IMG/VR virus record: IMGVR_UViG_3300028805_000045
Length of the DNA: 64,000 nucleotides
Origin: a virus
Lineage: Duplodnaviria > Heunggongvirae > Uroviricota > Caudoviricetes
Reading direction: 5' to 3' (one strand)
Below, piece after piece: positions 10,693-21,007 of the stretch. Positions within the stretch are counted from its first letter, which is position 1; each line of letters begins with the position of its first letter. The translations under genes and the position numbers were made by a program. The notes under the pieces were generated by a model. That model was given only the letters and a program-made list of their open reading frames with translations. It made no database searches and was not told the DNA's origin.

Positions 10693-11109
10693 TTAATTCA
10701 TTCTCCATTCACTATCCGCAATATCAATCTTCATCCAATCTTCACTTTTAATGCCACCGCACAACCATTTTTCTTTTAGATTATAATAACATATAATTCT
10801 ATAAGTATCATTCATCTTTTCTTTATAAACTTCATATAATGGCAGCAATGTCCAATCTTTCTTCAATGAAGTAATTTTATCCCAAACGCTATTCATTGTC
10901 CGGTAGCCACGCTTCGTCATTTCTTCGCGCACATAATAGGCATAAGAAATGAAATGGTCATAATCGTAGTCAAGAACAAAATTTACAAGAATGTGATTTG
11001 GAGTTCCATTTTTTTGAATTGCGCCCGCAATTGCTGATAGCTCACGCCATTGTGCTACAAGTTGTTCTCGTGGGAGTGCCGAAATTAAAGAAGTATGCCA
11101 TAACCTCAT
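10693..11109 (-). CDS. denV: Pyrimidine-dimer DNA glycosylase (T4 endonuclease V, DenV-like)
   Basis: MRLWHTSLISALPREQLVAQWRELSAIAGAIQKNG aligns with the T4 endoV N-terminus [33 protein letters not shown]. Confidence 0.75.
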   Translation of the reverse strand: MRLWHTSLISALPREQLVAQWRELSAIAGAIQKNGTPNHILVNFVLDYDYDHFISYAYYVREEMTKRGYRTMNSVWDKITSLKKDWTLLPLYEVYKEKMNDTYRIICYYNLKEKWLCGGIKSEDWMKIDIADSEWRMN

Positions 11110-11330
11110 TAATCACTATCCTCCAAAAAATCTTCAGTATGTATATCAATATTACAATTTGCAAGTTTTTCTAAAGCAGTAGCAATTCTGGCTAAAGTTT
11201 CAATTTTTAATATCTCATGCATACTATCTTGCGATTTTTTAATAATAGCTTTTTTTAAGTCGTCATTAGTTTCAAGATACATTTCTGCAAAAGTTGTATC
11301 AATTTTATGTACCATTTCATACCAAGTCAT
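11109..11330 (-). CDS. Hypothetical protein
   Basis: 73-aa ORF that overlaps the downstream gene by ATGA. Confidence 0.4.
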   Translation of the reverse strand: MTWYEMVHKIDTTFAEMYLETNDDLKKAIIKKSQDSMHEILKIETLARIATALEKLANCNIDIHTEDFLEDSD

Positions 11331-11344
11331 TTTTTTTCTCCTGT

Positions 11345-11902
11345 TTATTCTTGTATTACTTTACAACTAAAAGTAGAAGTATAATTATCTAAAATATTTG
11401 CCGCTCGAGTATTTATTCTATCTGCGAACTGTTCTCTATTCCATTCTTTCAATTCTTCAATTGCTTCTTCAAACGTACATTGATTATTCTTCATATAATC
11501 TAAAATAGATGCTTCGTCAGTTTCCCATTCATAAGTTAATGTATGTTTAATTTTAAATTTCTTTTTTACCATTTGAATTGCTTTTTCAATACATTCTGAT
11601 AATAAATAACAACGTATTGTTGTATCCATCCAGGTACAAGGATTTTTATCTGGGACATTTTTAAATGAAAATCCAAAATCATACATTGCTTCACAAGCAA
11701 GTTTAAAATTTTCACCAATCCATTTTTCACATTCTTCTTCAGTAGCATATCCAGTTTGATTTCCAGTTACTGTATCTTCATTCCAAAGAATATCATTTAA
11801 ATATTCATATAAACTTTCATTAGTTTCCCATTCTTTTAAATTAATTTCTGTACTAATATAATTTAAAATATCATTAACTTCTGCATCTTTATAATCGTAC
11901 AT
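11345..11902 (-). CDS. Hypothetical protein
   Basis: 185-aa ORF. Confidence 0.45.
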   Translation of the reverse strand: MYDYKDAEVNDILNYISTEINLKEWETNESLYEYLNDILWNEDTVTGNQTGYATEEECEKWIGENFKLACEAMYDFGFSFKNVPDKNPCTWMDTTIRCYLLSECIEKAIQMVKKKFKIKHTLTYEWETDEASILDYMKNNQCTFEEAIEELKEWNREQFADRINTRAANILDNYTSTFSCKVIQE

Positions 11903-11905
11903 AAA

Positions 11906-12190
11906 TTATTCCTCCAATGTAGCGGAAAATCCAATTAAATTTTCTCCAAAAGCCCAACGCATAAATTTATCAGCATTATGGATTACAAATTTTTTATGAG
12001 GAAGATAAAGTTCATCGACAAGTACATCATTCCAATCTATAACTTCAACATCAGGGAATCCATAGCTTTTTGCTTTTACACGAAAAGCTTCAGGATTTTC
12101 TGCGGCGATAACAGCATTATTTTCAGCTGCGTATTCAATTAATTGACGTGCTTTACCGGTTTCACGATCACGAATTATTGTTTTCATATT
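11906..12190 (-). CDS. Hypothetical protein; start reassigned to MKTIIRDRE behind the SD AAAGAGG
   Basis: The upstream extension listed in the ORF track would overlap the promoter cassette at 12196-12238. Confidence 0.45.
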   Translation of the reverse strand, partial: NMKTIIRDRETGKARQLIEYAAENNAVIAAENPEAFRVKAKSYGFPDVEVIDWNDVLVDELYLPHKKFVIHNADKFMRWAFGENLIGFSATLEE

Positions 12191-12195
12191 TTTAC

Positions 12196-12238
12196 CTCTT
12201 TTTTCTTTTATTATATCATGAATTTTATAATTTGTCAA
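12196..12238 (-). promoter_or_regulatory. Promoter cassette copy
   Basis: TTGACA-N17-TATAAT plus AAAAGAAAAAAGAGG leader. Confidence 0.55.
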
Positions 12239-12279
12239 ATTATTTATCAGCCGTGACGAAGTCGCGGCTGAAAATTTAT

Positions 12280-12425
12280 AGTTATAATTTATTATGTTTA
12301 ATTTATTATGTTAATTATTATGTTATAGGTAGTAAATTCCTACTTATCAAACCGTAAATCCCTACTTATTAATAAGTAGTAAATTCCTACTTATTAAAGA
12401 AAATTCCTACCTATTAACAGGTAGG
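12280..12425. repeat. Iteron-like direct repeats (AATTCCTACTTAT x4, TATTATGTT x3) plus the perfect palindrome CCTACCTATTAACAGGTAGG; candidate origin or operator array
   Basis: Seen directly in the sequence, immediately upstream of the winged-helix gene 12439..12771. Confidence 0.5.
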
Positions 12426-12438
12426 AATTTTAGACTTG

Positions 12439-12771
12439 TTAAAAGTCCTCAATTTTTTCTATATTTATAGTTATATTGTCATATTCTTTATAACTGATAT
12501 ACCCTAATTCACGCAAATGCTTTTTACAATTTAGATAAGTATCATGGCTCATACCTGTTCTATCAAGTATCCACTTTTCAGAAATACGAAATCCTTGGGG
12601 AGCCTGCCCTAGTAAAATTATTAATAATAATCGTTCATTTGCTTTTAATTTTTTATTAGTTCCAATAGCTTTAATTAATCTATCTGCCACAGCGATTCTT
12701 TGCTCATTATTTGTTTCCCATTTTTCTCCTAATATAATTAATTCAGGAGCATTTCTGCTAATATCTGACAT
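12439..12771 (-). CDS. Winged-helix DNA-binding protein (replication-organizer or regulator-like)
   Basis: 110 aa. GMSHDTYLNCKKHLRELGYI forms an HTH. Sits directly downstream of an iteron-like repeat block. Confidence 0.5.
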   Translation of the reverse strand: MSDISRNAPELIILGEKWETNNEQRIAVADRLIKAIGTNKKLKANERLLLIILLGQAPQGFRISEKWILDRTGMSHDTYLNCKKHLRELGYISYKEYDNITINIEKIEDF

Positions 12772-12788
12772 ACTGACATCCTCCGGGT

Positions 12789-12977
12789 TTAAAACTGTTT
12801 TGCCCGTTCTTTTGCAATAGGAATTGCCGCATGAAGAGAAGGGGAATCTTCAAACCAGTATACATCATACTGCGGTTTTTTAATATTTGGTGATACTTTT
12901 ATAATTTTAAATCCCATTTCTCGTAACGCAGCGGCAAGACGAGGCATATAAATAATATAAAGTCTATGGTCATTCAT
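12789..12977 (-). CDS. Hypothetical protein
   Basis: 62-aa ORF. Confidence 0.4.
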   Translation of the reverse strand: MNDHRLYIIYMPRLAAALREMGFKIIKVSPNIKKPQYDVYWFEDSPSLHAAIPIAKERAKQF

Positions 12978-13149
12978 TTCTCATAACCTCTTCCATTTTT
13001 GTTAACAAAGTCATAGATGGAACTCGTAATTTATTAAATATGCGTCCCAGATGAGTACGGCTACATTGTATTTTTTCAGCCGCGATTTGATAAGTCCATC
13101 CTTTTTGTTTGATAAAATTATAATATTTATCAATTATTTCTTGAATCAT
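12970..13149 (-). CDS. Small XRE-like HTH protein
   Basis: Manual ORF MIQEIIDKYYNFIKQKGWTYQIAAEKIQCSRTHLGRIFNKLRVPSMTLLTKMEEVMRNE, ending in TGA. Confidence 0.4.
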   Translation of the reverse strand: MIQEIIDKYYNFIKQKGWTYQIAAEKIQCSRTHLGRIFNKLRVPSMTLLTKMEEVMRNE

Positions 13150-13222
13150 ATGACGTATTTGGCACCTCCTCGATAAAAAGAAATATTCCTATCATATGAT
13201 AGGTAATATTTCTAAAATAATT

Positions 13223-13504
13223 TTAATTATCTTCTATTGATATTGAATATCCAATACAACTGCCAGGAAGGCTTAAAAGTAATCCTTCAATTTCATCAAT
13301 AAGAATTTTTCGATTACTATAATCATAACTATTACTAAGATATTGATGATATGAAATAATTTCTAAGTCTTTTATTCCATATTTGTTTGCTAATAATTCT
13401 ATATATTTTGGATTACAGCAAACGATTACAGCATTAGTTTCTTTAGCTAAAAGTATAAGGCGTGAAGTTTTTCCAGTAGCACGCTTATCTATTATTTTTA
13501 TCAT
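13223..13504 (-). CDS. Hypothetical P-loop-like protein (ATGKTS)
   Basis: 93-aa ORF. Confidence 0.4.
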   Translation of the reverse strand: MIKIIDKRATGKTSRLILLAKETNAVIVCCNPKYIELLANKYGIKDLEIISYHQYLSNSYDYSNRKILIDEIEGLLLSLPGSCIGYSISIEDN

Positions 13505-13525
13505 AAATAAATATTCTCCTAGTAA

Positions 13526-14842
13526 TCAATCATCTATAGGATGAATTTTTGTGCGTAATCCACAGCACTTTGGTTTTCTATTAACTATTAAGTTCATAAT
13601 AATTCCAATGATCATAGCAAGGCTAACGCCGCTAAAAGAGAAAATACCAAAGTTTGCGGCAAGTCCACCAATACCAATTGTTAAAATTGAAGCAGCGACC
13701 ATTACATTACCAGTATTACTATAATCAATATTACTATTAAGTAATGTATTAAGTCCGCTAAAAGCAATATATCCATAAGCAATTAAACTAACTCCACCAA
13801 AGATACAAGATGGAATACTTTCAAAGAGCGCCATAAGTGGACGGAAGAATGAAGCAAGAATCATCATTCCTGCAGCGACAGCAATAACATATGTACTTCC
13901 AACTTTGCTTACAGCAGTACAACTGATGCTTTCACCATAACTTGTATTTGGTTGGCCACCAATAATTGTACCTATAAAAGAGGCAAAGCCATCACCAAGT
14001 AAAGTACGATGCAAACCAGGGGTTTTAATTAAATCAGTTCCTATTACTGAACTTAAACTCTTATGATCGCCCACATGTTCAATTAAAAGAACAAGTGAAG
14101 TTGGCACAAATAAAATAATAAGTTGTGGAATCCAAGCCCAGTCAAATTCAGTTATATTAGCATTTAAGAAGGCGAACTTAGGAGCTGAGAAAAGAGTTAA
14201 ATTTTCAAAAGCAGAAAAATTAATTAAATGAATACCAAATATTTCAAGAATTAAACATACTATATATCCAGCTGCTAATGCTACTAAAAAAGGAATTGTT
14301 TTTAAAAAGCCTTTTCCATATTTAGCTGTAATTGCAGTAACAAACATAACGAATAAAGCAACAATTACTCCTATAATATTATATTCACCATTTACTTGAA
14401 CATAAGTTGGAGCAAATTTAGCAAGATTGATACCAATTACCATAATGATTGAGCCAACTACAACTGGTGGCAATAATTTATTTAACCAATCTACTCCTGC
14501 ATGTTTAATTGCAATAGCTACTATACAATAAAGTAAAGCAACAATTGCTCCACCAATTATAATGGAAAGATAATTTCCGCCGCTTAGAGCAATTGCTCCC
14601 ATTACAGCAGAAACAGTTCCGCCCGCATTTGAAACAAACATAGGACTTTTAAAGCCAGTTAAAATCAAATATACTAATGTGCCTAATCCCGCGGCCGCCA
14701 TACCCGCGTCAAGCGGAGTACCGCAAATTGTTGAAATTAAAAGTGTTGCGGTTAAAACCGCAAATACCTGTTGAATTGGATATAAAATCCATTCTTTTAA
14801 AGTTTTAGGTTTATCCTAAATATTATAAATCAAATTACTCAT
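13526..14842 (-). CDS. Uracil/xanthine permease (NCS2 family nucleobase transporter) with 1 in-frame TAG near the N-terminus
   Basis: MSNLIYNI-TAG-DKPKTLKEWILYPIQQVFAVLTATLL joins ORF 13526..14701. About 12 predicted TM segments. Carries the NCS2 family-signature LIEHVGDHK...GQPNTSYGE. Confidence 0.7.
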
Positions 14843-15152
14843 TATTAGTATCTCCTATTTTTATTTTTGGTAAAAGAATAGCGGAAAATTCATGTAATTC
14901 TGGTATAGATACTACATATATTCTTTTATATTTACCTATCCATCCTCTTTTTTGTTCTTGTTCTTGTATTTGTTCTTGTCTAGGTGAAACAAATGGATTA
15001 ATAAGAATAGAGTTAATTATTTCCGCTGCAAATTGTGGAGTACAGTATAATATTCCTTCAGTATTATATGTATCCTAAATATAAGCATTTGCATCATGTA
15101 TTAATTCACTATTAAAATGAGAAAAAATGAAAGGAGGAAATTTATTGTTCAT
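14835..15152 (-). CDS. Hypothetical protein with 1 in-frame TAG
   Basis: Manual translation MNNKFPPFIFSHFNSELIHDANAYI-TAG-DTYNTEGILYCTPQFAAEII..., ending in TAA. Confidence 0.4.
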
Positions 15153-15744
15153 TTTTAAATTTCTCCTTTAGAATAGGAATGATTTCATCAAATGAATTGT
15201 GTAACATATGATCTTCCGTTGCCGCTAAAATCATTCCATACAACATCTGGTTGATACTAAAGCTACGACGCCAATCTTTTTCATTTAAATGATTTGTACG
15301 AATGTCAAAATAGTGAGCATAATTTTTTTTATTTAATTGATTATCAATGATAGCTTGCATTTCTTCAAACATTTCTTTATAATCAAAATTACCTTCATAT
15401 TCATGTTCTTCATAAATTTTATTAAGTTTATCAGCCATATATTTCCATCCATAAAGAACTCCCATTTCGCACATCGTACCAATAGCGGATTGTTCAGGAC
15501 ACAATACGGTATAATCACTATTCCAAAGACGCTCAATATCAGCTTCACAAATTTTTTCTGCCAAATGATTATTTTCTTCTTCTGTCATATTGGACTTATC
15601 ATTAATGGATTTATTCTAAACTGGACTATATACTTCACCAGGTATTCCTGCCGCCTTAAACTTATCATATTCTTCTTGGCGCGCAAGGTTTGAGCCATGC
15701 GTCATAATATCGCCGCCTAAGTATCCAAGAGGTCTCTTATTCAT
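15142..15744 (-). CDS. Hypothetical protein with 1 in-frame TAG
   Basis: MNKRPLGYLGGDIMTHGSNLARQEEYDKFKAAGIPGEVYSPV-TAG-NKSINDKSNMTEEENN joins ORF 15142..15588. Confidence 0.45.
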
Positions 15745-15928
15745 CTTTATTCTCCTTATTATTTAAAAATGTCCAAATAATATCATACATATGTGCTTTA
15801 AATTCTTCGGGCTGCTCTTTTAATGGAAGCTGCCACCAAGCAAGGCCAGCATCTGGATGTTGATTAAAATATTCAGTTATTATATCTTCCCAGACCTATG
15901 CTTTATCATATTTTTGTTTGTTCATCAT
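15737..15928 (-). CDS. Small hypothetical protein with 1 in-frame TAG
   Basis: Manual ORF MMNKQKYDKA-TAG-VWEDIITEYFNQHPDAGLAWWQLPLKEQ... Confidence 0.3.
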
Positions 15929-16106
15929 TTTTACTCCTTTTACTAAATATTTGTTCAATACGTAAATCATTGTATTCTTTACGTATTTTTTCTGCCTTTT
16001 CTAAATATTTTACCATACATTCTGGTATAATTATAGGGCCTTTAAAATCTTTATCAGGAATTGATTTTACTTTAAATCCCTGAAACATTCCAATATAATT
16101 ATTCAT
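15906..16106 (-). CDS. Hypothetical protein
   Basis: 66-aa ORF. Confidence 0.4.
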   Translation of the reverse strand: MNNYIGMFQGFKVKSIPDKDFKGPIIIPECMVKYLEKAEKIRKEYNDLRIEQIFSKRSKNDEQTKI

Positions 16107-16279
16107 AGTCTACGTATTCCTGCTTCAACCGCAATATTTATGCATTTCATAACTTTTTCTTGGTATTCTTCAGGCAAAGATTCAATAGTTTTAAAAACAT
16201 AATGAAATTCTTCATATATCATTTCAGCAGCAATTGTTTCTAAAGATTGTAGATATTTTTCAGATATTTGTTTATTCAT
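16103..16279 (-). CDS. Small hypothetical protein
   Basis: Manual ORF MNKQISEKYLQSLETIAAEMIYEEF... sitting downstream of the promoter cassette at 16290-16329. Confidence 0.35.
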   Translation of the reverse strand: MNKQISEKYLQSLETIAAEMIYEEFHYVFKTIESLPEEYQEKVMKCINIAVEAGIRRL

Positions 16280-16289
16280 TTTATTCTCC

Positions 16290-16329
16290 TTTTTCTTTTA
16301 TTATATCATAAAATTTAAAAAAAGTCAAA
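16290..16329 (-). promoter_or_regulatory. Promoter cassette copy
   Basis: Motif match. Confidence 0.5.
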
Positions 16330-16332
16330 AAG

Positions 16333-16360
16333 AAAAGAGGGAGACTTTTGTCTCCCTTAA
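16333..16360 (-). terminator. Rho-independent terminator
   Basis: Minus-strand hairpin AGGGAGAC-AAAA-GTCTCCCT followed by a T-rich run. Confidence 0.55.
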
Positions 16361-17601
16361 TCTAATAAGTCTGCCATCGCAGCAACTTGGCTACGTTCAG
16401 TTTTTAATAAACGTACCATTCCAAATTTATCTTCGCCCGCAAGGCATCTAATCATTTTAGGAATACCGCTCATTGTTTCTTCTTTATAATCACATTGCTT
16501 AACGTCGGCGCAGAAAATTACTTCGCTTCCGCTTGCTATACGACTTAAAATTAATTGAATATTAGAGGCAAGTAAATTTTCTGCTTCATCAACTATAATA
16601 CAAGCATTTTTTAAATCTCTGCCACGAATACTGGTTAAGTGCGCAGGTTCAATTCTACCATCATTTAAATATTCTTCAAACTTTTGAATACCGATATGAT
16701 CTTCAATTTGACGGAGCCATGGCATCTATTTAGCAATTTCATCGCCAGGTAAGGTTCCAAGTTTTCCGGCCCCTTTTACCTCTAAGTTATTTTTAATAAA
16801 AATAATTTTATCAAATCGTCCACACTGTAAGGCATTTAAAGCATAACTTAAAGCTAAATAACTTTTACCAGTACCAAATTTAGCAATACATAATTTTACT
16901 GGTATATCTTGATTTTGTAATAAATCTAAATACATTTTTTGTTCTAAGTTACGTGGCTTAATACGCTCTCCTAATACAGAAACAAATTCTTTATATTTTA
17001 ATGGGCGATAATTTTTTCCAGTCCAGAATAATACGTCTCTTAAATTAGATCCTTCATATATTTCAGCAAATTCATTAGTCTTTGCGTTTAAAATATTCAT
17101 TTCTGGATTAGAATATAATAAAGCGAATTGTTCTTCTGTTGGATAATATTTAGACCATCCACTATAACTATCCTCATAACTATTTTCATTAATTTTATTA
17201 GAATGAAATATTGCATTTAATTCCTTAAAGCGTTTAGCAAATAAATATAAACATACATCACTAGTAATAAAATTAACTTCTACATTATAGGTGGTATTAA
17301 GTAAAATAGCTTCACATAGCAAACGATGGTCATTTATATCAGATAAAAAATTATATTTTTTTAATAGTTTATTTATTTTTCTCTAATCAGCGATTCCATA
17401 AGAAATACTTTTAGATTCTAATATTGTTCTTGCGGCTTTTCTAGCTTTAAATTTAGTTTCTTCATCTTTATTTGCACTAGTTTTAATATTTTCTAATTCG
17501 TTTAAAACTATCATGCTTATATATGAATCAGAGTAATCATTTAATGCGCCATTTAAAACAGCGGAGGTATCTAAAAAATTATACATTTTCGTCACTTCCA
17601 A
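16357..17601 (-). CDS. phoH: PIN-PhoH (YlaK-like) ATPase with 2 in-frame TAG codons
   Basis: ORFs 17383..17601 (PIN N-terminus MEVTKMYNFLDTSAV), 16726..17322 and 16357..16725 join in one frame across 2 TAGs. Walker A is FGTGKSYLAL, Walker B is IIVDEAENL. One TAG sits between GTLPGDEIAK and MPWLRQIEDH. Confidence 0.8.
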
Positions 17602-18187
17602 TTATTACATCTATTAGATTCAACTCTTTCATTTCTTTTGCGGTTAAAAACCATTGATGACGGGTTTTTGAATCATATTGTTCTGCTGTAATATTAGTAT
17701 TTTCAATCATGAAGTTTCTAATATCATTATCAACCTAATCATTAAAAGCCATAATATCGGATGCAGTTTTTGATTCATTGGTAGAAAGAGTAATATATCC
17801 ATCATGAATTAGTCCATATGAAGATGGATAACAATAGCGTGTAATATTCGGATTTTTTCCGCCGGCACATAAAATAACTGCGGCCATTGAAGCCGCATAA
17901 CCTGTTACTATAATATTTATTTTTTTCTTAAAGTTTTTAAGGTAATGTGCTAAGAAGAATCCATTTGATACAGAACCACCAACAGAATTTAAAATTATTG
18001 TAATTGGTTCATCGGAATCATCTTCTTCAAAATCTTTTAGTGGTAAATATACCATTTCTACAATACTATCAGTAATTTCTTGATTTAATAAAATAGTTCT
18101 TTTTTCAAATAGCTAATGATAATATTGATAGGTAATAGGATTCAAATCATTTGGCTATAATAGAGTCAATAGTTCTTCTAAGTCCAT
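17579..18187 (-). CDS. clpP: ClpP-like serine protease (S14) with 3 in-frame TAG codons
   Basis: MDLEELLTLL-TAG-PNDLNPITYQYYH-TAG-LFEKRTILLNQEI...NSVGGSVSNG...GYAASMAAVIL...IMAFND-TAG-VDNDIRN... SD AGGAGG lies upstream. Joins ORF 17735..18055. Confidence 0.75.
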
Positions 18188-18216
18188 AGAGCCTCCTCGT
18201 TGTTCGAGGAACAACT

Positions 18217-19362
18217 TTAATTAATAATTTTTTCTAAAGTACAATCTTCAATATTTAGATCGCCCTTTCTAATTGATTTAATATATGGATGACGAATACT
18301 AAGGCCAATACCATTTTCATCTGCTTGTGCAGTTGAAACCATCATGCCGCCAATTGTCAGTGGGCACATTTTCCATTCTTCAAAATTAGTGGCAAGTTCT
18401 TGTTTCATTTGATCGGTTAAGCCGGCAACTTTACATAATGGAATAATATTTTTATTCTTATCAAATACGCCAACAAAAATTGCACCAGGCCAATGATTCC
18501 AATAGTTTTTAGTTACTGGTTCATAGGCTCCACCAATTTGATATTCTCCAAAATATTCTCCATATAAAAATTCACCAGTACGAGAATTAATCCAATAAGG
18601 CCAATTATTTAATTCTTTTCCAGTATAAGTTTTAGTTGCAGCTTCGACTCCGGTAATAAAACAATCTATATCATTGGAAATTTCTTGTTTTACTTTACAT
18701 GTCTCCCAAGCCGAAGGGCCGCGTTTTCCTGGAATATAAATAGAGGTTTTTTTATAACAAACTGCACCTTCTCCGCCCTTTGAAAAAATATCATTTAAGT
18801 CATCAAAAAAATTATTATCCATTTCATGATATTTAATTTCATAAACGTAAGGAGAATTAATTCGTTTAACTACTTTTGGAATATAAGTAATGCGTTCTTC
18901 TAATGGTACATTCATCATATCTTTTCCATCAAGAGCTAACACATCAAAAATACGCCATTCTAGTTTTTGATCTTTTTGACGAGCAATTGCTTTAGCGTCA
19001 AGACACCGTAGAATTGCGCCAACATCCTTATCAATGCCGCCAGGTAAATAAATTTCTCCAAGAATAACAGTTGTACCATTATTAAAAGCTTTTACCACAT
19101 TATCCCAAAAGAAAACTTTATTTTGAATTTCACCATAAGTTCCAGTTTTCTTGCTAATTCCACGAGTTTGAAGTGCATTTCTTTTAGAAGTAATAACAGC
19201 ACGAGACCAATTGCCATCAAATTTTTCTGACCATAAATAAGTGCCTTGTTCAATCATTTGTTCAAGATGTTGACGTTTAGATTCAGCAGACATTGAGGCT
19301 GCTGGCGCCCAGTATTTCATAGGTTCGCTCGTGAAATAATCAATCATTTTTTTCTCCTTCAT
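18217..19362 (-). CDS. ATP-dependent polynucleotide ligase (nucleotidyltransferase motif I KFDG)
   Basis: 381 aa. Carries SEKFDGNWSRA (KxDG) and the downstream ligase motifs. Confidence 0.65.
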   Translation of the reverse strand: MKEKKMIDYFTSEPMKYWAPAASMSAESKRQHLEQMIEQGTYLWSEKFDGNWSRAVITSKRNALQTRGISKKTGTYGEIQNKVFFWDNVVKAFNNGTTVILGEIYLPGGIDKDVGAILRCLDAKAIARQKDQKLEWRIFDVLALDGKDMMNVPLEERITYIPKVVKRINSPYVYEIKYHEMDNNFFDDLNDIFSKGGEGAVCYKKTSIYIPGKRGPSAWETCKVKQEISNDIDCFITGVEAATKTYTGKELNNWPYWINSRTGEFLYGEYFGEYQIGGAYEPVTKNYWNHWPGAIFVGVFDKNKNIIPLCKVAGLTDQMKQELATNFEEWKMCPLTIGGMMVSTAQADENGIGLSIRHPYIKSIRKGDLNIEDCTLEKIIN

Positions 19363-19918
19363 CTAAAAGTCCAGTTAGTTTAAGAATTATTTCAACTGAT
19401 TCTTCGAGTTCTTTTAAACCAATATTATCGACACAATAATCAAATTCACAATAGTCATCTAGAGAAGTTTCGCTAGGATGATTTAATTGTTCTTCACTAA
19501 AAGCAGGATTAACATATTCTGTTTTATCTTCATTTAAACGTCTAATGCGAATAGAAATAGCATTTGGAAGCCAGTATTTAACTGTTTCAATTTCATTTTC
19601 AAATCGAGCATCTGGAATTAATGCACAATCAAATTCTTCGTAATGATTCATTACTGCTAAAAACTTGGCAATAGTCTCAGCCCAATAGTCAGGAAATTGT
19701 TCTCTGACCAAATTGGTGCCGAGTTTTTGAAGAAGATTTCTCCCGGCTTCATCCTTAATTCCATTCCAATTATAATATTCTTTTGCGTAAAATTTTACAA
19801 GGTCCGCAAAATGAATAATTAAAACATTACAACCAACCGCTTCTAACTTATCTTTAATCATATTAGCAAAAGTATCTTTACCAGAAGCACTTTTACCGCT
19901 TATCAAAATCGTTTCCAT
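19340..19918 (-). CDS. Deoxynucleoside monophosphate kinase (T4 gp1-like P-loop kinase)
   Basis: METILISGKSASGKDTFANMI resembles the T4 dNMP kinase N-terminus. Confidence 0.65.
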   Translation of the reverse strand: METILISGKSASGKDTFANMIKDKLEAVGCNVLIIHFADLVKFYAKEYYNWNGIKDEAGRNLLQKLGTNLVREQFPDYWAETIAKFLAVMNHYEEFDCALIPDARFENEIETVKYWLPNAISIRIRRLNEDKTEYVNPAFSEEQLNHPSETSLDDYCEFDYCVDNIGLKELEESVEIILKLTGLLDEGEKND

Positions 19919-20111
19919 TTAACATTTGCTCCATTCTCATATTAAAATAAAAATTTACAAAATCTCTTTCTTCCTCATCTATACAGGTATTAGTATAATC
20001 ATTTAATATTTTTACTATTGTAGGAAGACTAGAATGTCTTATTGCCATATCAAATATAAATTCCGCCTATTTTTTGGCTCTCTCTGGAACATTTTCAAAA
20101 ATTTCAATCAT
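19917..20111 (-). CDS. Small hypothetical protein with 1 in-frame TAG
   Basis: Manual ORF MIEIFENVPERAKK-TAG-AEFIFDMAIRHSS... Confidence 0.3.
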
Positions 20112-20443
20112 TCTTATGCTCCTTATTATTTTGCGAAATAGCGTTAAAAAAAGCTTGAACTTCTTCTTTTGTTTCCAAAACTAATTTCATTTTTGGTATA
20201 GGAAGACGACGTTCATCATTATCAGGAAATTCATAAATATAATATTTTTCAGGATGCTTTTTATGAGAAGATTCTCCTATAAAAGTACGCTTTCCGCATA
20301 ATTTTTTATTGGTCTTTTTACTATAAATATAAGTAAAGTGATAAATTCCACTCCTTACATTCTCTATTCTTCCGCATCCAGGAATTATCTATTCTATAAA
20401 ACTTTTATAATCCTCTCGGGTTACTTCATAGATACTATTATCC
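20108..20443 (-). CDS. Hypothetical protein with 1 in-frame TAG
   Basis: Manual ORF MDNSIYEVTREDYKSFIE-TAG-IIPGCGRIENVRSGIYHF..., ending in TGA. Confidence 0.35.
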
Positions 20444-20950
20444 ATCTTGACCTCGCCAATTAATTCTTAGTTGTTCTGCGCTATGCTGTGCTAATTCATC
20501 ACATCTTTCATTCCAGTAATCTCCAGAATGTCCAGCAACTTTTTTAAAATCATACCAAAAATTATCAAAGTAAGGAATAATATCGTACCATAAATCTTGA
20601 TTCGCGACTGGTTGTTTATTGGCATTTTTCCAACCATTTGCCATCCAATTTATATACCATTCTTGTAAATAACAATTGACTGCATAAGCAGAATCACTAT
20701 GAATTATTACTTTTTCGCTAGGGCGGCGGATAGAAGACGCATATTTTAAGGCTTCGCGAATTGCTATAAGTTCCATTCGCTGATTTGTGGTTCCATATTC
20801 GCTTCCCGCCGCCTCTTGTAATATTTCTCGATCGCGTATAACAACAAATGCCCACCCTCCAAAAGTCATTGCCTTTCCTACTTTTTTAAGTGAGCCATCA
20901 GTATAAACGTCTAAATTTATAATTCGTTCTTTGCTACGTTTTTCTTCCAT
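20438..20950 (-). CDS. rnhA: Ribonuclease HI
   Basis: Start reassigned to MEEKRSKER behind the SD GGGAGG. Carries the DVYTDGS...TNQRMEL...HSDSAY...HSGDYWNERCDELA catalytic motifs. Confidence 0.85.
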   Translation of the reverse strand: MEEKRSKERIINLDVYTDGSLKKVGKAMTFGGWAFVVIRDREILQEAAGSEYGTTNQRMELIAIREALKYASSIRRPSEKVIIHSDSAYAVNCYLQEWYINWMANGWKNANKQPVANQDLWYDIIPYFDNFWYDFKKVAGHSGDYWNERCDELAQHSAEQLRINWRGQDG

Positions 20951-20961
20951 CTTAATCCTCC

Positions 20962-21004
20962 CTTTTCTTAATATAATTATATCATAAAAAAGAGAGGAAG
21001 TCAA
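20962..21004 (-). promoter_or_regulatory. Promoter cassette copy upstream of rnhA
   Basis: TTGACT-N17-TATAAT. Confidence 0.55.
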
Positions 21005-21007
21005 ATA

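Noticed and set aside
16100-16110. TGA also recoded
   Set aside because: TGA and TAA terminate the hand-checked genes. For example, the 16103..16279 gene and the XRE-like gene end in TGA with no downstream in-frame continuation.
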